A DNA stretch of 64,000 nt from Candidatus Bathyarchaeota archaeon (lineage in GTDB: Archaea; Thermoproteota; Bathyarchaeia; Bathyarchaeales; Bathycorpusculaceae). The notes beneath the pieces are model-generated. The model ran no database searches, had not been told where the DNA came from, and saw only the letters and a list, made by a program, of their open reading frames with translations. A program made the position numbers and the translations under genes. Below are positions 62,662 through 64,000 of this stretch, one piece after another (positions within the stretch are counted from its first letter, which is position 1; every line of letters starts with the position of its first letter). The stretch lies in the NCBI GenBank assembly GCA_963702095.1, contig OY969706.1, positions 224,001 through 288,000 of the forward strand, in the 5' to 3' direction.

Positions 62662-63534
62662 CTAACGGAGAGCCATCTTACGTTGCAAAACCCTAAGTGC
62701 CGCTATGCTTTTGAGGGCTTCTCTTCTGCCAGCTTTCGGTCGCAGCTCCAAAACTGTGTTCCTAACCTTCAACTTGCTGATCGCGTCGAAGATGCGGGCG
62801 GCTTCGACTTTGCCCTGTCCCAGCGGAAGGTGCTGGTCACCGAATTTCTCGTCAACCACTTCGGGGATACCCATGTTGTCGTGGATATGCATGTGGACAA
62901 GGTAGTGTGAGAGCATCGATATGAAATCCAAGATGTCGAAGCCATATTGGTTTGCGGAGAGGGTGCCGTGTCCGATGTCGAAGCAGAACTTGAGGTTTTC
63001 TTCGTCTACCGCTCGGATTACCTGCAGAATTTCATGAGGCATTATGCCTATGCGGTCGTTTTTCTTTTCTTTATGCAGGTTCTCGATGAGCACTGTGATG
63101 TTGTAGTTGGCTGCCATCTTGGACAGCTGCTTTAAGTTTGAGATTACGTTTTGGAAGGCTGCACTGTATTCCGTTTCAACCCTGTCGCCATGCATGACTA
63201 CATGTTCAGTGTCGAGGTAATCGGCTATCTCAAAAACCTTCGCCATTACCTCAAAGTTGCGGTTGTTTTTTACTCCTAAGTTGATGGAGTTGCCGTAGTA
63301 GTCATGGTCATAGGTGAAGGGACCATGGACGGAGAACTTGTTTCTAAGTGTAGAGAACTCTTCGAGGCGGAGATGGTCGATTTCGCCGTTTTTGAGCACG
63401 CCTGATTCGCCTATGCCAATTTCTATTAGGTCTACTTCTTCGCTGAAGATGGGGCCGTTTGAAACCTCTTTAATCATTCGACTGTTTATTCCGACGTTTA
63501 AGCGTTGGAACGTTTTGGTTTCTAACTGTTGCAT
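62662..63534 (-). CDS. Xylose-isomerase-like TIM barrel (sugar phosphate isomerase/epimerase family)
   Basis: IEN, FDIGH, HIHDN, DQHLPLGQG. Confidence 0.85.
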   Translation of the reverse strand: MQQLETKTFQRLNVGINSRMIKEVSNGPIFSEEVDLIEIGIGESGVLKNGEIDHLRLEEFSTLRNKFSVHGPFTYDHDYYGNSINLGVKNNRNFEVMAKVFEIADYLDTEHVVMHGDRVETEYSAAFQNVISNLKQLSKMAANYNITVLIENLHKEKKNDRIGIMPHEILQVIRAVDEENLKFCFDIGHGTLSANQYGFDILDFISMLSHYLVHMHIHDNMGIPEVVDEKFGDQHLPLGQGKVEAARIFDAISKLKVRNTVLELRPKAGRREALKSIAALRVLQRKMALR

Positions 63535-63696
63535 CCTGCGTTCCTGTAGCCTACTAATAGGTCAGCTTCTTATATCGATTGGTTAAGTAAACTATTTTCA
63601 GTATATAGACGCAAAGAACAAGAAAGACAAACATGAGCCTTCGTTGGATACCCGCTTAAGGCATCAAACGCCCGTTTTGCTTTTTGATTAATTGTT

Positions 63697-64000
63697 TTAT
63701 CCCTCTGGAATGGAATCAGAGCATGCTGCTTTTTTGGGGAACAAGAACTTCCCCGCGAAGATAAGCCACACTACATCCACCACCAGGCATACCGCGGCAG
63801 GCAGGGCTCCTTCAGGCCCAAGAGCACCAACGCCAACGACGCCGCCATGCCAGTGTTCTTGTAAGTGCTGAAAAGAACTTTGGAAACGGCTCTTGTCTGT
63901 TTTACGCCGCTTTTATGGAGAAAACGACTACAGACTATGCCGACGCCAAAGATTCTAACAGCCGCAAACACCACTAAAGCCGCCACCACAGTCCCCGCTG
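63697..64000 (-). CDS. Bile acid:sodium symporter-like C-terminus, partial and frameshifted
   Basis: YKNTGMAASLAL...ALPAA. Confidence 0.6.

Overview
Archaeal DNA, most consistent with Bathyarchaeia (inferred from ftr, TFB, thermosome, aRF1 and a PEF-type sorting tail). About 1-41 kb is an AT-richer accessory region; from about 41.8 kb onward it is GC-richer housekeeping DNA. The accessory region contains: (i) defence-like cargo (Avs-like STAND protein tail, nucleotidyltransferase/wHTH toxin-antitoxin-like pair, OLD-family ATPase-TOPRIM nuclease); (ii) a compact plasmid/virus-like operon of wHTH and Cys-rich genes; (iii) about 7-8 same-orientation degenerate copies of a tRNA-3'-end att-like site sharing a non-tRNA arm; (iv) a stress-gene cluster in which six TATA-like elements are each preceded by a shared palindrome TGTnGCTG-N8-CAGynACA, next to a TrmB regulator, thermosome, sHSP and a TFB; (v) an inverted, diverged duplicate of an RHH + covarying hairpin + small-ORF module bracketing that cluster. 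The housekeeping part has aconitase, pyrF, ftr, aRF1 (frame break at CTA-TGA-A), an ABC exporter, ribose-bisphosphate isomerase, GH3 and a mannosylation cluster. Many single-base frameshifts suggest assembly indel errors. No CRISPR array, rRNA or intact tRNA was seen. All family calls are from motif recognition only.
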